Positions 28,375-39,369 of a DNA stretch of 64,000 nucleotides are shown here, in pieces. Position numbers and translations under genes: made by a program. Location of the stretch: NCBI GenBank assembly GCA_035283185.1, contig DATEUJ010000144.1, forward strand, positions 17,185 through 81,184. The letters are read 5' to 3'. Source of the DNA: Anaerolineae bacterium. Lineage in GTDB: Bacteria > Chloroflexota > Anaerolineae > Fen-1058. The number at the start of each line of letters is the position of its first letter. The first letter of the stretch is position 1. Below the pieces are notes generated by a model. It made no database searches, was not told where the DNA came from, and worked only from the letters and a program-made list of their open reading frames with translations.

Positions 28375-28573
28375 CCGCCCCGTCCACGACGTAAGACGTT
28401 GGCAGCCGCTCGCGTCAATAGAGTGGTTGACGACGGGCGGCCTTCTTCTCCTCTGTGGACAGCCCCGGAGACTCCCAGCTCCGGGGCTTCCACGCTCCGA
28501 TGCAAACGCCGCCTCAGCGAGGTGTTTGATGGCTGTGCCAATCCTGACGCACATGCGAGACGAGGTGTAGACC

Positions 28574-30601
28574 ATGCCGCGTGATCTGCCGCTTGGAAAT
28601 GGCAGTCTGCTGGTTGCCTTTGATGGGAGTTATCAAATCCGTGATCTCTACTGGCCGCACGTCGGTCAAGAGAATCACGCGATGGGCCATCCATTTCGAA
28701 CGGGTGTCTGGGTGGACGGCGAATTCCGCTGGCTGGATGACAGTCACTGGGAGCACGCCTTACGCTACTCGCATGAGACGCTTGTCACCGAAGTCAGGCT
28801 CAGGCACTCCGACTTGAATCTGTCCATCGCCGCTTCGGACGCCGTAGACTTTCACGAGAACTTGCTCGTGCGCCGCTTCGACGTCGTCAACCTCTCGGAT
28901 CGGGATCGAGAAGTGCGCCTGTTCTTTCACCACGATTTTCACATCGCCGGCAACGAAGTGGGCGACACGGCCTACTATGAACCCGACCGGCGAGCAGTCT
29001 TGCATTACAAAGGCTCGCGCTGGTTCCTCGCCAATGGCGCAGTCGTTCAGGTGGAAGATGACCCCGGCCCTGGCTGGATGCCATCGCCCGACACGGCTCA
29101 TGGCCTGATTGCCGGCGTGCATCAGTGGGCATGCGGCCTCAAAGAAGTTCATGGCCTTCAAGGCACCTGGCGCGACGCTGAAGATGGGCAACTCGCGGGT
29201 GGCGCTGTGGCGCACGGCTCGGTGGACTCGTGCATCGGCTTTACGCTCAGAATCCCCGGGCGACAAACCCGCACGCTGTACTATTGGCTGGCGGTCGGCG
29301 CGGATTTTGAAACGGTCGTCCGCCTCAACCGGATGGTGCGGCAGCGCGGGCCGCAGAGTTTTCTGGATCGCACCGCCGCCTACTGGCGCTTATGGCTGCA
29401 AAGGCACCAGCCCGATTTCAAGGATCTGCCGCACGCAGTCTGCCATCAATACCTGACCGGCCTGCTGATCATCCGCACCCAGATTGACAACGGCGGGGCG
29501 ATTATCGCCGCCAACGATTCCGACATTTCCTCGGCAGTACGCGACACCTACAGTTACATGTGGCCGCGCGATGGCGCGCTGGTGGCGCACGCCCTAAACC
29601 AGGCCGGCTACATCGATCTGCCCCGCGCGTTCTTCCGATTCTGCTCAGAAGCGCTCACGCGAGAGGGCTACCTGCTGCACAAATACAATCCCGACGGCAC
29701 GCTGGCTTCCAGTTGGCATCCGTGGTATCGCGACGGCCACAAGGACTTGCCGATTCAGGAAGACGAAACCGCGCTCGTGCTGTGGGCGCTGTGGGGGCAC
29801 TTCGAGCGCTTCGGCGATGTCGAGTTCATCAAGCCATTCTACCGGAGCCTGATTTGCCCGATGGCGGATTTCCTGCTCAACTACCGCGACTCGGAAACGG
29901 ATCTGCCATTGTCCAGTTACGACCTGTGGGAGGAGCGGCGCGGCGTGCTGGCTTGGACGGTGGCAGCCGTGTGGGGCGGACTCATGGCAGCGGCGAACTT
30001 CGCAGCGGCATTCGGGGAAACGGATCGAGCGCAGCGCTATCGGCAAGCGGCGGAAGAAATCCAGGCTGGCGTTGAGGCCCACTTGTGGCGACCGGAGTTG
30101 AATCACTTTGCGCGAATGGTCAATCGCGCGCCTGATGGTGCCTGGCACGTCGACAACGTGCTGGACGCCTCGCTGGCCGGCTTGTGGCTGTTGGGCATGT
30201 ACTCACCCGATCATCCGAAGATCGTCGCGACGATGGAAGCCATCCACGATCGGTTATGGGTCAAGACGGACGTAGGTGGCGTAGCGCGCTATGAGGACGA
30301 CCGCTATCACCAGGTGAGCCAGGACATTGCCAGCGTCCCGGGCAACCCATGGTTCATCTGCACACTCTGGCTCTCACGCTGGTACGCCGTCACCGCGCGC
30401 ACGGCGGACGATCTCAAGCGCTCGCTGGATCTTTTAGAATGGGTCGCCGAACACGCACTGCCCAGTGGCGTGCTGGCCGAGCAGGTGCATCCACAGTCGG
30501 GCGCGCCGCTGTCTGTCAGTCCGCTCACGTGGAGCCACGCAGCATTGGTCGCCAGCGTGCAGGATTACCTCGAGGCCCAACGTGGTCTGGCCCGAACATG
30601 A
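28574..30601 (+). CDS. glycoside hydrolase family 15 (glucoamylase/trehalase-like)
   Basis: 675 aa. N-terminal beta-sandwich plus (alpha/alpha)6 region with YMWPRDGA and DLWEERRG motifs typical of GH15. Confidence 0.8.
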   Translation: MPRDLPLGNGSLLVAFDGSYQIRDLYWPHVGQENHAMGHPFRTGVWVDGEFRWLDDSHWEHALRYSHETLVTEVRLRHSDLNLSIAASDAVDFHENLLVRRFDVVNLSDRDREVRLFFHHDFHIAGNEVGDTAYYEPDRRAVLHYKGSRWFLANGAVVQVEDDPGPGWMPSPDTAHGLIAGVHQWACGLKEVHGLQGTWRDAEDGQLAGGAVAHGSVDSCIGFTLRIPGRQTRTLYYWLAVGADFETVVRLNRMVRQRGPQSFLDRTAAYWRLWLQRHQPDFKDLPHAVCHQYLTGLLIIRTQIDNGGAIIAANDSDISSAVRDTYSYMWPRDGALVAHALNQAGYIDLPRAFFRFCSEALTREGYLLHKYNPDGTLASSWHPWYRDGHKDLPIQEDETALVLWALWGHFERFGDVEFIKPFYRSLICPMADFLLNYRDSETDLPLSSYDLWEERRGVLAWTVAAVWGGLMAAANFAAAFGETDRAQRYRQAAEEIQAGVEAHLWRPELNHFARMVNRAPDGAWHVDNVLDASLAGLWLLGMYSPDHPKIVATMEAIHDRLWVKTDVGGVARYEDDRYHQVSQDIASVPGNPWFICTLWLSRWYAVTARTADDLKRSLDLLEWVAEHALPSGVLAEQVHPQSGAPLSVSPLTWSHAALVASVQDYLEAQRGLART

Positions 30602-30610
30602 GGAAATGAC

Positions 30611-31060
30611 ATGAGCAACGGCAACCGATTGCTGCTGGCGGGTGACATTGGCGGAACCAAGACCACATTGGCGCTCTTTACACCCGAGGCCGGCCCGCGC
30701 CATCCACTGGCGCAAGCTACCTTTCCGAGCGGAGAGCATGGCTCACTGGAAAACATTGTCGCGCAATTCCTGACCGGGAAGAACGTGCGCGTCACCGAGG
30801 CCAGCTTCGGCGTAGCCGGGCCTGTCGTCCAGGGCCGCGCTCAGGTGACGAATCTGCCCTGGGGGGCTGACGAGCATTCTCTCAGTCGGGCGTTGGACGG
30901 CGCGCCCGTCCGTCTGCTCAACGATCTGGACGCGATTGCTCATAAGGGGCGATTTGCGGGTATGCTCGCGCGCGTACCGCTGCACGTGATTCTCAATCCG
31001 CAGGTGGCGTTGCTGGGAGCGGCATGTCATGGGCTGGAGCCGGAGATGGCGCACGACTGA
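30611..31060 (+). pseudogene. glk: glucokinase with a large internal in-frame deletion
   Basis: LLLAGDIGGTKTTLALF...LLNDLDAIAH is joined directly to the Glk C-terminal tail KGRFAGML...VALLGAA. 149 aa against ~320 aa expected. Confidence 0.55.
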
Positions 31061-31105
31061 GTCAGAGGTACCGTATTCCAATGGGTCAAACAGGAGTTCA
31101 CTGAT

Positions 31106-33118
31106 ATGATAACGGATAAAGAGCTCGAACAACGCATGGTCAACACACTCCGTTTTCTCGCAGCCGACACCGTGCAGAAGGCGCAATCAGGGCATCCCGG
31201 CACGCCGATGGGCGCGGCGACGATCGCCTACGTGCTGTGGGATCGCATTCTCAAGCACAACCCGGCCAATCCCAACTGGATCGACCGCGATCGCTTCATC
31301 TTGTCGCCCGGTCACGCTTCGGCCTTGTTGTACGCGCTGTTGCATCTCACCGGCTACGATTTGTGGCTGGATGATCTCAAGAACTTTCGGCAGTGGGGCA
31401 GCAAAACGCCAGGACACCCGGAGCATGGCCTGACGCCGGGCGTGGAAGTCACCACCGGCCCGCTGGGACAAGGCTTCGCGCACGGCGTGGGCATGGCCAT
31501 GGCCGAACGCTGGCTGGCCGAGCATTACAACTCACCCGACTTCGAGATCATCAATCACTACACGTATGCCATCGTATCAGATGGCGACCTGCAGGAAGGC
31601 GTCGCTTCCGAAGCGGCCTCGCTGGCCGGAACATTGAAGCTCGGCAAATTGATCTATCTATACGACGACAACGGCATTCAGATCGAAGGCAGCACCGACA
31701 TCGCTTTCGACGAAGATGTCAGTCGGCGCTTCGAGGCGTACGGCTGGCACGTCGTCGGCCCGATCGATGGTCACGACCCCGCAGCCATCGATGTGGCGAT
31801 TCGCACCGGTCAAGCTGAGATGCAGCGGCCCACGTTGATCGTGTGCCGCACGCACATCGGCTTTGGCGCGCCGAAGAAGCAGGACACCGCCAGCGCGCAC
31901 GGCGAGCCGCTCGGCGAAGACGAACTGCGCGCGGCGAAAGCAGCGTTGGGCTGGCCGGCCGACTCGACCTTCTACATCCCCGACGACGTTTCGGCTTACA
32001 TGCGTAAAGCCCTCGATCGAGGGCGTGAATGGGAACAGGCCTGGCAGCATCGCGCCCACGCGTGGTGGCACGCGCAACCCGATCGAGCGGAGGACTTCGA
32101 TCGCGATACGCGCGGTGAGTTGCCGGATGGTTGGGATGCAGGTTTGACCGATCTCTTCAAGCCGGGCGACAAACCCATCGCGACGCGCGAGGCTTCGGGC
32201 CGCGTGCTCAATGTGTTGGCTTCGCGTCTGCATGCGCTCACCGGCGGTTCAGCCGATCTTGCGCCGTCCACTAAAACGATCTTGAAAGGCTATGGCGATT
32301 TCGGCTTCAGCGAATACTGCGGCCACAATCTGCACTTCGGCGTGCGCGAGCATGCCATGGGCGGCATCGTCAACGGCATGGCCCTGCACGGCGGCGTGAT
32401 TCCGTATGCCGCGACGTTCCTGGTTTTCTGCGATTACATGCGCCCGCCGATTCGTCTGGCGGCTTTGATGGAGCAGCGCGTGATCTATGTCTTTACGCAC
32501 GATTCGATCGGGCTGGGCGAAGACGGCCCGACGCATCAACCGATCGAGCATTTGTTGGCCTTACGCGCGATCCCGAATCTGACGGTGATTCGACCGGCCG
32601 ATGCGATCGAAACGGCCGAGGCGTGGCGCGCCGCGTTGCTCAATCGTCACGGGCCAACTACCCTGGTTCTCTCGCGACAGAATCTGCCGCTGCTCGATCG
32701 GGCGCAAGTGGCCCCTTCGGCTGGCGTGCAACGCGGCGGCTACGTGCTGTGGCAATCGAGCGAGACACCTGAAGTGATTCTGATCGCGACTGGCTCCGAA
32801 GTGCACATTGCGCTGGAGGCGGGTAAGAAATTGGCGGCTGAGTCCATCCAAGTCAGTGTGGTTTCGCTGCCCAGTTGGGAACTGTTCGATCAGCAGCCGG
32901 CCGAGTATCGCGAGAGCGTCTTGCTGAAGTCCGTGCGCGCGAGAGTGGCAGTCGAAGCCGCGCAAACGCTGGGCTGGGAGCATTACGTGGGCCTCGACGG
33001 CCTGATCATCGGACTCGATCACTTCGGAGCGTCGGCGCCCGCGCCAGTGCTCTATGAGAAATTCGGCCTCACTGGCGAGCACATTGCGGCTCAAGTTCGG
33101 CAGTGGTTGAATCGCTAA
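31106..33118 (+). CDS. tkt: transketolase
   Basis: 670 aa. [24 protein letters not shown] and [20 protein letters not shown]. Confidence 0.95.
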   Translation: MITDKELEQRMVNTLRFLAADTVQKAQSGHPGTPMGAATIAYVLWDRILKHNPANPNWIDRDRFILSPGHASALLYALLHLTGYDLWLDDLKNFRQWGSKTPGHPEHGLTPGVEVTTGPLGQGFAHGVGMAMAERWLAEHYNSPDFEIINHYTYAIVSDGDLQEGVASEAASLAGTLKLGKLIYLYDDNGIQIEGSTDIAFDEDVSRRFEAYGWHVVGPIDGHDPAAIDVAIRTGQAEMQRPTLIVCRTHIGFGAPKKQDTASAHGEPLGEDELRAAKAALGWPADSTFYIPDDVSAYMRKALDRGREWEQAWQHRAHAWWHAQPDRAEDFDRDTRGELPDGWDAGLTDLFKPGDKPIATREASGRVLNVLASRLHALTGGSADLAPSTKTILKGYGDFGFSEYCGHNLHFGVREHAMGGIVNGMALHGGVIPYAATFLVFCDYMRPPIRLAALMEQRVIYVFTHDSIGLGEDGPTHQPIEHLLALRAIPNLTVIRPADAIETAEAWRAALLNRHGPTTLVLSRQNLPLLDRAQVAPSAGVQRGGYVLWQSSETPEVILIATGSEVHIALEAGKKLAAESIQVSVVSLPSWELFDQQPAEYRESVLLKSVRARVAVEAAQTLGWEHYVGLDGLIIGLDHFGASAPAPVLYEKFGLTGEHIAAQVRQWLNR

Positions 33119-33127
33119 GGAGTCGCC

Positions 33128-33550
33128 ATGCCGGTTACGGCGCGTAGTTCCTCGAATGTTCAAGTTGAAATCACAGCCGGTCGTCATCGCTTTGTCGCCG
33201 ATGAACCGCTCGGCGTAGGCGACGACGCCGGTCCGAATCCCTACGATCTGCTATTGAGCGCGTTGGGAGCCTGCACCGTGATGACGATCCGCATGTACGC
33301 GCAGCGCAAGAATTGGCCGCTCACCGGCGTCGAAGTGAACCTGAACACGTGTAAGGTTCACGCCCGCGATTGCGAGGATTGTGAGAGCAGTCCCGATGCG
33401 CGCATCGACATTATCGAGCGGCAGATCACGCTGCGCGGCGATTTGACCGCCGAGCAAGTGGCGCGTTTAACCGAGATCGCCGATCGATGTCCAGTACATC
33501 GGACGCTCACCGGCGAAATCAAAATCCTCACGACGGTGAACGGATCATGA
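33128..33550 (+). CDS. OsmC-family protein (Cys form)
   Basis: [12 protein letters not shown] and [11 protein letters not shown]. Confidence 0.8.
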   Translation: MPVTARSSSNVQVEITAGRHRFVADEPLGVGDDAGPNPYDLLLSALGACTVMTIRMYAQRKNWPLTGVEVNLNTCKVHARDCEDCESSPDARIDIIERQITLRGDLTAEQVARLTEIADRCPVHRTLTGEIKILTTVNGS

Positions 33551-34872
33551 GGACTGCCGCTCTCCAGACCTTGTTCGACCAGGCCAAAGACGTGCTGCAG
33601 GGCAACTGGCTGGGTTATGCGACAAAGCCTGCGCCGCGCCTGTATCCGCACCAATGGAGTTGGGACGCGGCCTTCATCGCGATCGGCTACGCCCACTACG
33701 ATCAAGCGCGCGCCCAGCAAGAACTGCGTTCGCTGTTTCGGGGGCAATGGGCGAATGGGCTATTGCCGCACATTGTCTTCAATCCGCAAGCCGCGGCTTA
33801 CCAACCCGGCCCGGAGTTCTGGCAAACGGCACGCTCGCCGCATGCGCCGCGCGAGCCGCAAACGTCGGGTATCGTGCAGCCACCACTACATGCCACTGCC
33901 GCGTGGCACGTCTATCAACATAGCGCCGACCCAGCCGAGGCGATTGCCTTTCTGCGCGAGATGTTTCCAAAGTTGTGTGCGTGGCATGCTTATCTGTACC
34001 GCGAGCGCGACTTGCGTGGTGATGGGCTGGTGTATATCCGACATCCCTGGGAATCGGGGCAGGACAATTCACCGATCTGGGATCGCGCTTTGGCGAGGAT
34101 TCAACTCATGCCCGATCAGGTACCGGCCTATCGGCGGGTGGACACCGCGATTGTCGCCGTGGCCGATCGACCGACCCAGGCTGAATATGATCGTTATGCT
34201 TACCTCGTGCAACTCGCTTATGCGAATGGCTACGACGAGACCCGCATCCGGCAGGTCAGTCCTTTCCTGATCGAAGACGTGCTATTCAATGCACTGCTGG
34301 TCCAGGCAGGTCACGATCTGGCTCAGATCGCGCTGGTGTTGGACGAGAACCCGGCGCCGTTCGCGGCCCAAGCGGCTTGCACGGCGGCGGCCCTCAACGC
34401 CCGGTTGTGGGATGAAGAGCATGCCATTTACTTCGATTACGATCTGGTCCAGAAGGCGCCGATTCATGCGCACGTTGCCGCCGGCTTCTCGCCGCTGTTT
34501 GCAAATGTGCCGACGATCAAACAGGCGACGCGGATGCTGGACAAACTCAATCAGTGCGGCTTCTGCCCGCTGGATGAACAGTGCTACGCGGTGCCGAGCT
34601 ACGATAAGCTGGAGCCGGGCTTTGCCGGTCATCGCTACTGGCGCGGACCGATCTGGCTGAATGTGAACTGGCTGCTCTACTGGGGCCTGCGGCGCTACGG
34701 CTTTGACGACTATGCAGCCCGCGTCAAAGAGGCAATAATTCGGCTGCCACAACGCTATGGTTTCTATGAATACTTCGATCCCAACACTGGGCGAGGTCAC
34801 GGCTCCGATCGCTTCTCATGGTCTGCGGCTCTGTTGATCGATCTACTTTCCGAGGGGGACGAATTGGTATGA
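33547..34872 (+). CDS. GH63-like glucosylglycerate/mannosylglycerate hydrolase family protein
   Basis: ATG 33547 overlaps the previous stop (ATGA). [17 protein letters not shown]...[13 protein letters not shown] resembles the GgH/MgH N-terminal signature as I recall it. Confidence 0.65.
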   Translation: MRTAALQTLFDQAKDVLQGNWLGYATKPAPRLYPHQWSWDAAFIAIGYAHYDQARAQQELRSLFRGQWANGLLPHIVFNPQAAAYQPGPEFWQTARSPHAPREPQTSGIVQPPLHATAAWHVYQHSADPAEAIAFLREMFPKLCAWHAYLYRERDLRGDGLVYIRHPWESGQDNSPIWDRALARIQLMPDQVPAYRRVDTAIVAVADRPTQAEYDRYAYLVQLAYANGYDETRIRQVSPFLIEDVLFNALLVQAGHDLAQIALVLDENPAPFAAQAACTAAALNARLWDEEHAIYFDYDLVQKAPIHAHVAAGFSPLFANVPTIKQATRMLDKLNQCGFCPLDEQCYAVPSYDKLEPGFAGHRYWRGPIWLNVNWLLYWGLRRYGFDDYAARVKEAIIRLPQRYGFYEYFDPNTGRGHGSDRFSWSAALLIDLLSEGDELV

Positions 34873-37619
34873 CACGTTTACACGATGCCCAACGCTTTGG
34901 GCAATCGATTTGGTACGACAACATTCGCCGGGCGCTGCTCACGTCTGGCGAGTTGCAGAGGTTGCTGGACGAGGGTGTGCTCGGGGTGACCTCCAACCCG
35001 GCTATCTTTGAGAAAGCCATCGTCGGCAGCACCGATTACGATGCGGCACTTCAACAACTCTCGACCGCCGGGCACGATACGGATCAGATCTACGAAGCCC
35101 TCGTGCTGGACGACATCGCCACCACGGCCGATCTGTTGCGCCCGGTCTACGATCGCACGAACGCGCGCGACGGCTACGTCAGCGTCGAAGTGCGGCCGAC
35201 GCTGGCGCACGATACCGAAGGCACCGTCGCCGAAGCCCGCCGCCTGTTCGCGGCGCTAGCCCGCCCGAACGTGATGATCAAGGTCCCGGCTACGCCGGAA
35301 GGCATTCCGGCGATCGAGACGTTGATCGGCGAAGGCATCAACGTCAACGTCACTTTGATCTTTTCTTTGGAGTCGTATCAGGCAGTCGCGCAGGCTTATT
35401 TGGCCGGGTTGGAAAGACGCGCAGCGGCAGGCGGCGATCTCAGCCGTGTGGCGTCGGTGGCGTCGTTCTTCGTCAGCCGCGTCGATTCGGCCGTAGATCG
35501 CCAGTTGGAAGCGCTGATTCGCGCCGGTCGCGCCGATCTCAAACCCCTTCTGGGCCAGGCCGCGATTGCGAATACCAGGTTGGCCTACGCGCGCTACAAA
35601 GAAATCTTCGGCGGTGAACGCTTCGCGGCGCTGCGCGCCAAAGGCGCACAGTTGCAGCGGCCGCTGTGGGCCAGTACTGGCACGAAGAATCCGTTGTATA
35701 GAGACGTGCTGTACGTTGAAACCTTGATCGGTCCCGATACGGTCAACACGGTGCCGCCGGCGACTTTGGCAGCTTTCAAGGATCATGGTCGGGTTGCGGC
35801 TACGCTCGATACGCATGTCGATGAGGCCCATGCGACGCTGGCGCGCCTGGCCGAGGCCGGGATCGACCTGGGGGCAGTCACGCACGATCTACAAATCGAG
35901 GGCGTGAAGGCCTTCATCGAATCATTTGACAAGCTGCTGGCGAACCTCGACGACAAGCGCGTTCGGCTGTTGGCACAATCGCACACGCACGCCGCGTCGC
36001 TCGGCGCGGCGCACGCCGACTTGGATGCGACGCTGGCCGATCTGCAACGGCGCAACGTCGTCGCCCGCATCTGGGCTAAAGATCACACAGTTTGGAAACC
36101 CGATCCGCGCGAGATCACCAATCGGCTGGGCTGGCTTACCGTAGCCGATGCGCTGCACGAGCGCGCCGATGATCTCGTCGCTTTCGCGGATGAGATTCGA
36201 ACGGCGGGCTTCAAAGACGTCGTATTGCTGGGCATGGGCGGCAGCAGCCTCGCGCCCGAAGTGCTGCGCGCGACCTTTGGGCCGCAGCCCAACTATCCGC
36301 GTTTGCACGTCCTTGACTCGACCGTACCGGCCTGGGTGCAACGCGTGACCGAAGCGATCGATCCGGCGCACACATTGTTCATCGTGTCCAGCAAGTCGGG
36401 CGGCACGCTCGAAGTCATGTCGTTCTTCAAGTATTTCCACGCGCTCGTCGTTGATCAAAAAGGCGATCGGGCGGGCGAGAACTTCATCGCCATCACCGAT
36501 CCCGATACCAGCCTGCAGAAGCTGGGTGAGGCGCGGCACTTCCGCCGCATCGTTATCAATCCGCCTGACATCGGCGGTCGCTATTCGGCCTTGTCGTACT
36601 TTGGAATCGTGCCGGCTGCGCTGGCCGGCATCGATGTCCACGAGCTGCTCCATCGAGGCGAGTGCCTGGCCGAAGGCTGCGCGTCGTGCGTGCCTGCACA
36701 CGAAAATCCCGGCGCGTGGTTGGGTGCAACCCTCGGCACGCTGGCAAAGGGTGGTCGAGACAAGGCCACGTTCATCGCATCGCCGGGTATCGCGACGTTT
36801 GGTTTGTGGGCCGAGCAACTGATTGCCGAAAGCACCGGCAAAGAAGGCCGCGGCATCTTACCGATCGCGCTGGAACCGCTGATGTGGCCGACGGATTACG
36901 GCGCCGATCGCATTTTCGTTTACCTGCGTTTGGACGAAGATGATAACCGCGCGTCCGACGATCACGTGGCAGCCTTAGAGAAAGCCGGGCAGCCGGTAAT
37001 TCGATTGGCGCTGCGCGATCGCTATGATCTGGGCGCGGAGTTCTTCCGCTGGGAATTCGCGACGGCGCTGGCCGGGGCGTTGATCGATATTCAGCCGTTC
37101 GATCAGCCGAATGTGCAGGAGAGCAAGGACAATACCTCGGCGGCGCTGCGTGAAGCGCAAGCCACCGGCCAACTGCCGGCGATCGACACGACGGGCCAAT
37201 TGACGGACCTGATCGCGCAGGCAAAACCTGGCGACTACCTGGCGTTAATGGCTTACCTCGACGGCCCATCGGATGTCGATGCCGCGCTCGACGATCTCCG
37301 TTCAGCCATCTTGGGTTACTATCATCTGCCGAACACACTCGGCTACGGCCCACGCTTCTTGCACTCGACCGGCCAACTGCACAAGGGTGGAATGAACAAC
37401 GGGTTGTTCGTGCAACTGGTCGCCGACTGGGGTGAAGACCTGGCGGTGCCGGGCGAGACGTATTCCTTTGCCCAGCTTGCCGCGGCGCAAGTGGTGGGTG
37501 ATTACCACTCGCTGGTCAGTCATGGACGGCGGGTCATTCGTGTCCATCTGGGGTCGGATGCGGTCGCCGGTATCCGTCGCTTGACGGACGAGATCAGAGA
37601 GGAGCGAGGTCAACGATGA
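34869..37619 (+). CDS. bifunctional transaldolase / glucose-6-phosphate isomerase
   Basis: N-terminus GQSIWYDNIRR...GVTSNPAIFEKAI (Tal). C-terminal half has PGI-like SKSGGTLE and GGRYS motifs. Confidence 0.88.
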   Translation: MTRLHDAQRFGQSIWYDNIRRALLTSGELQRLLDEGVLGVTSNPAIFEKAIVGSTDYDAALQQLSTAGHDTDQIYEALVLDDIATTADLLRPVYDRTNARDGYVSVEVRPTLAHDTEGTVAEARRLFAALARPNVMIKVPATPEGIPAIETLIGEGINVNVTLIFSLESYQAVAQAYLAGLERRAAAGGDLSRVASVASFFVSRVDSAVDRQLEALIRAGRADLKPLLGQAAIANTRLAYARYKEIFGGERFAALRAKGAQLQRPLWASTGTKNPLYRDVLYVETLIGPDTVNTVPPATLAAFKDHGRVAATLDTHVDEAHATLARLAEAGIDLGAVTHDLQIEGVKAFIESFDKLLANLDDKRVRLLAQSHTHAASLGAAHADLDATLADLQRRNVVARIWAKDHTVWKPDPREITNRLGWLTVADALHERADDLVAFADEIRTAGFKDVVLLGMGGSSLAPEVLRATFGPQPNYPRLHVLDSTVPAWVQRVTEAIDPAHTLFIVSSKSGGTLEVMSFFKYFHALVVDQKGDRAGENFIAITDPDTSLQKLGEARHFRRIVINPPDIGGRYSALSYFGIVPAALAGIDVHELLHRGECLAEGCASCVPAHENPGAWLGATLGTLAKGGRDKATFIASPGIATFGLWAEQLIAESTGKEGRGILPIALEPLMWPTDYGADRIFVYLRLDEDDNRASDDHVAALEKAGQPVIRLALRDRYDLGAEFFRWEFATALAGALIDIQPFDQPNVQESKDNTSAALREAQATGQLPAIDTTGQLTDLIAQAKPGDYLALMAYLDGPSDVDAALDDLRSAILGYYHLPNTLGYGPRFLHSTGQLHKGGMNNGLFVQLVADWGEDLAVPGETYSFAQLAAAQVVGDYHSLVSHGRRVIRVHLGSDAVAGIRRLTDEIREERGQR

Positions 37620-38356
37620 TCCGCGCCGCGATTTTCGATCTGGATGGTACGCTGGTCAAGACGGAATGGTTGAAGAGCATCTCGTATGCGCAAGTGGTGC
37701 AGCAGCTCAGTCCAACCCACGTGCCGATTGAAGCCGTGCAAGCGGTCTTTGGGGAAGTCGTGGGCCGCGCGCGCGAAGAAGTCTCGTCCACACTGCTCGA
37801 ACGATTCCACCTGGCAGACGCGGCGCAGGCCCGGCTGGCTGAATTCGATGCCAGGTATCCGTGGCAAGTCTTGGCGCGCCTGCGCCTGAAAATCTACGAA
37901 GAGATGTTGGCCGATCCTGAAGTGCTGCGCGCCAACCAGTGGCCGCACAACGTCGATCTGCTGCGCGCCGTGTATCGCGGCGGCTGCCGCACGGCACTGG
38001 CCAGCATGTCGCACTGCGAGCAAGTCATGCGCGTTCTCCGGGCTATCAACCTGGACGATCAGTTCGAAGTGATCTTGACGCGCGAAGATGTCGAGCAGCC
38101 CAAGCCGCATCCCGAGATTTATCTGTGCGCGGCGCGCCTGCTCGACGAACAACCGCGTGACTGTCTGGTGATCGAAGATTCGCCGGTCGGCGTGCAAGCC
38201 GCCGTAGCTGCGGGGATGAATTGCATCGCCGTCGCCACACCCTTCACGCGCGCGGCGTTACACGCCCAGAATTTGCTCGCGCCCGAATGGATCGTGGATG
38301 ATCCAGGCACACTGCCGGCCGTCGTCGAACGGTTACTGACAAGACGCAGCGCCTGA
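37616..38356 (+). CDS. HAD-superfamily hydrolase (beta-phosphoglucomutase-like)
   Basis: AAIFDLDGTLV motif I. C-terminal CLVIEDSPVGVQAA. Confidence 0.8.
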   Translation: MIRAAIFDLDGTLVKTEWLKSISYAQVVQQLSPTHVPIEAVQAVFGEVVGRAREEVSSTLLERFHLADAAQARLAEFDARYPWQVLARLRLKIYEEMLADPEVLRANQWPHNVDLLRAVYRGGCRTALASMSHCEQVMRVLRAINLDDQFEVILTREDVEQPKPHPEIYLCAARLLDEQPRDCLVIEDSPVGVQAAVAAGMNCIAVATPFTRAALHAQNLLAPEWIVDDPGTLPAVVERLLTRRSA

Positions 38357-38434
38357 ATCCCGATCGACCGTACGCGGCGCAGCGCGCTGATCTGGAAGCC
38401 ATTCAAACGGACTGCCAAACACAGGAGAACACAC

Positions 38435-39220
38435 ATGTCACTCACTCATCTGCAAATCAAGGAATTGCTGGACGAAAACCGTTATCACGAATGTGAAGGA
38501 TATGGCAAAGATAGCATCTGTGTCCGCATCGCGGCCATCGGCGATTTGCCGTCGCGCTTTGGCCAGTTCCACGTCGTGGCGTTTTGGAACAACAAGGACG
38601 GCAAGGAGCACGCCGCGTTCGTCCACGGCGACGTGTGCAATGTCGAACATGTCCCGGTGCGGCTGCATTCCGAGTGCCTGACCGGCGACGCGATCGGTTC
38701 GCTGCGCTGTGACTGCCGCGATCAACTCGAAACGGCGCTGAAGACCATCGGCCAGATGGACAAGGGCATCCTGCTTTACTTGCGGCAAGAAGGTCGCGGC
38801 ATAGGTTTCCTCAATAAGATTCGCGCGTATGGCCTGCAGGATCACGGTTACGACACGGTCGAAGCGAATCTCGCGCTCGGCTTCCGTGACGACGAGCGCG
38901 ACTACGCCGTGGCCGCGCACATGCTGGAGTCGCTGAAAGTCAAATCAATTCGGTTGATGACCAACAACCCGCGCAAGATCAACGATCTCATGACGCACGG
39001 CGTCAAGGTCACTGAGCGCATCTCGTTGATCATCCCCCCGAATCCGTACAACCGGTTCTACCTGGAAACGAAGGCCGTCAAGTCCGGCCACCTGATCGAC
39101 TTCAACGGCAAAGAACACCTCTTGGAGCAGATCGATCGCCCGATCGTGGAAGGCATGACGCCCGATCAAATCGCTGGGTTGGATAGCCTGCACGATGACG
39201 GAAATGGAGCGCAGCTATGA
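38435..39220 (+). CDS. ribA: GTP cyclohydrolase II
   Basis: VRLHSECLTGDAIGSLRCDCRDQL, LYLRQEGRGIGFLNKIRAY and DTVEANLALGF. Confidence 0.85.
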   Translation: MSLTHLQIKELLDENRYHECEGYGKDSICVRIAAIGDLPSRFGQFHVVAFWNNKDGKEHAAFVHGDVCNVEHVPVRLHSECLTGDAIGSLRCDCRDQLETALKTIGQMDKGILLYLRQEGRGIGFLNKIRAYGLQDHGYDTVEANLALGFRDDERDYAVAAHMLESLKVKSIRLMTNNPRKINDLMTHGVKVTERISLIIPPNPYNRFYLETKAVKSGHLIDFNGKEHLLEQIDRPIVEGMTPDQIAGLDSLHDDGNGAQL

Positions 39221-39369
39221 GCCTCGAAAATCGGGTCGTGGTGATTACAGGCGCAGCGGGCGGCCTGGGCCGCGTCGTGACGAAGGTTCTGGCCGCGCAG
39301 GGAACACGGCTGGCCCTGTTGGGCACTCATGTTGATCGATTGGAGAGACACTCATGGAACTCGCAATGA
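39217..39369 (+). pseudogene. short-chain dehydrogenase (SDR) 5' remnant, 50 codons
   Basis: MSLENRVVVITGAAGGLGRVVTKVLAAQGTRLALLG has the Rossmann TGxxxGxG motif and then terminates. Overlaps the ribA stop and the gnd start. Confidence 0.5.

Noticed and set aside
38435-39220. ribA as a bifunctional RibBA, or as misplaced within the sugar operon and therefore suspicious.
   Set aside because: Only the GTP cyclohydrolase II domain motifs are present. The ~60-aa N-terminal extension shows no DHBP synthase motifs. Its location alone is not evidence of a new function.
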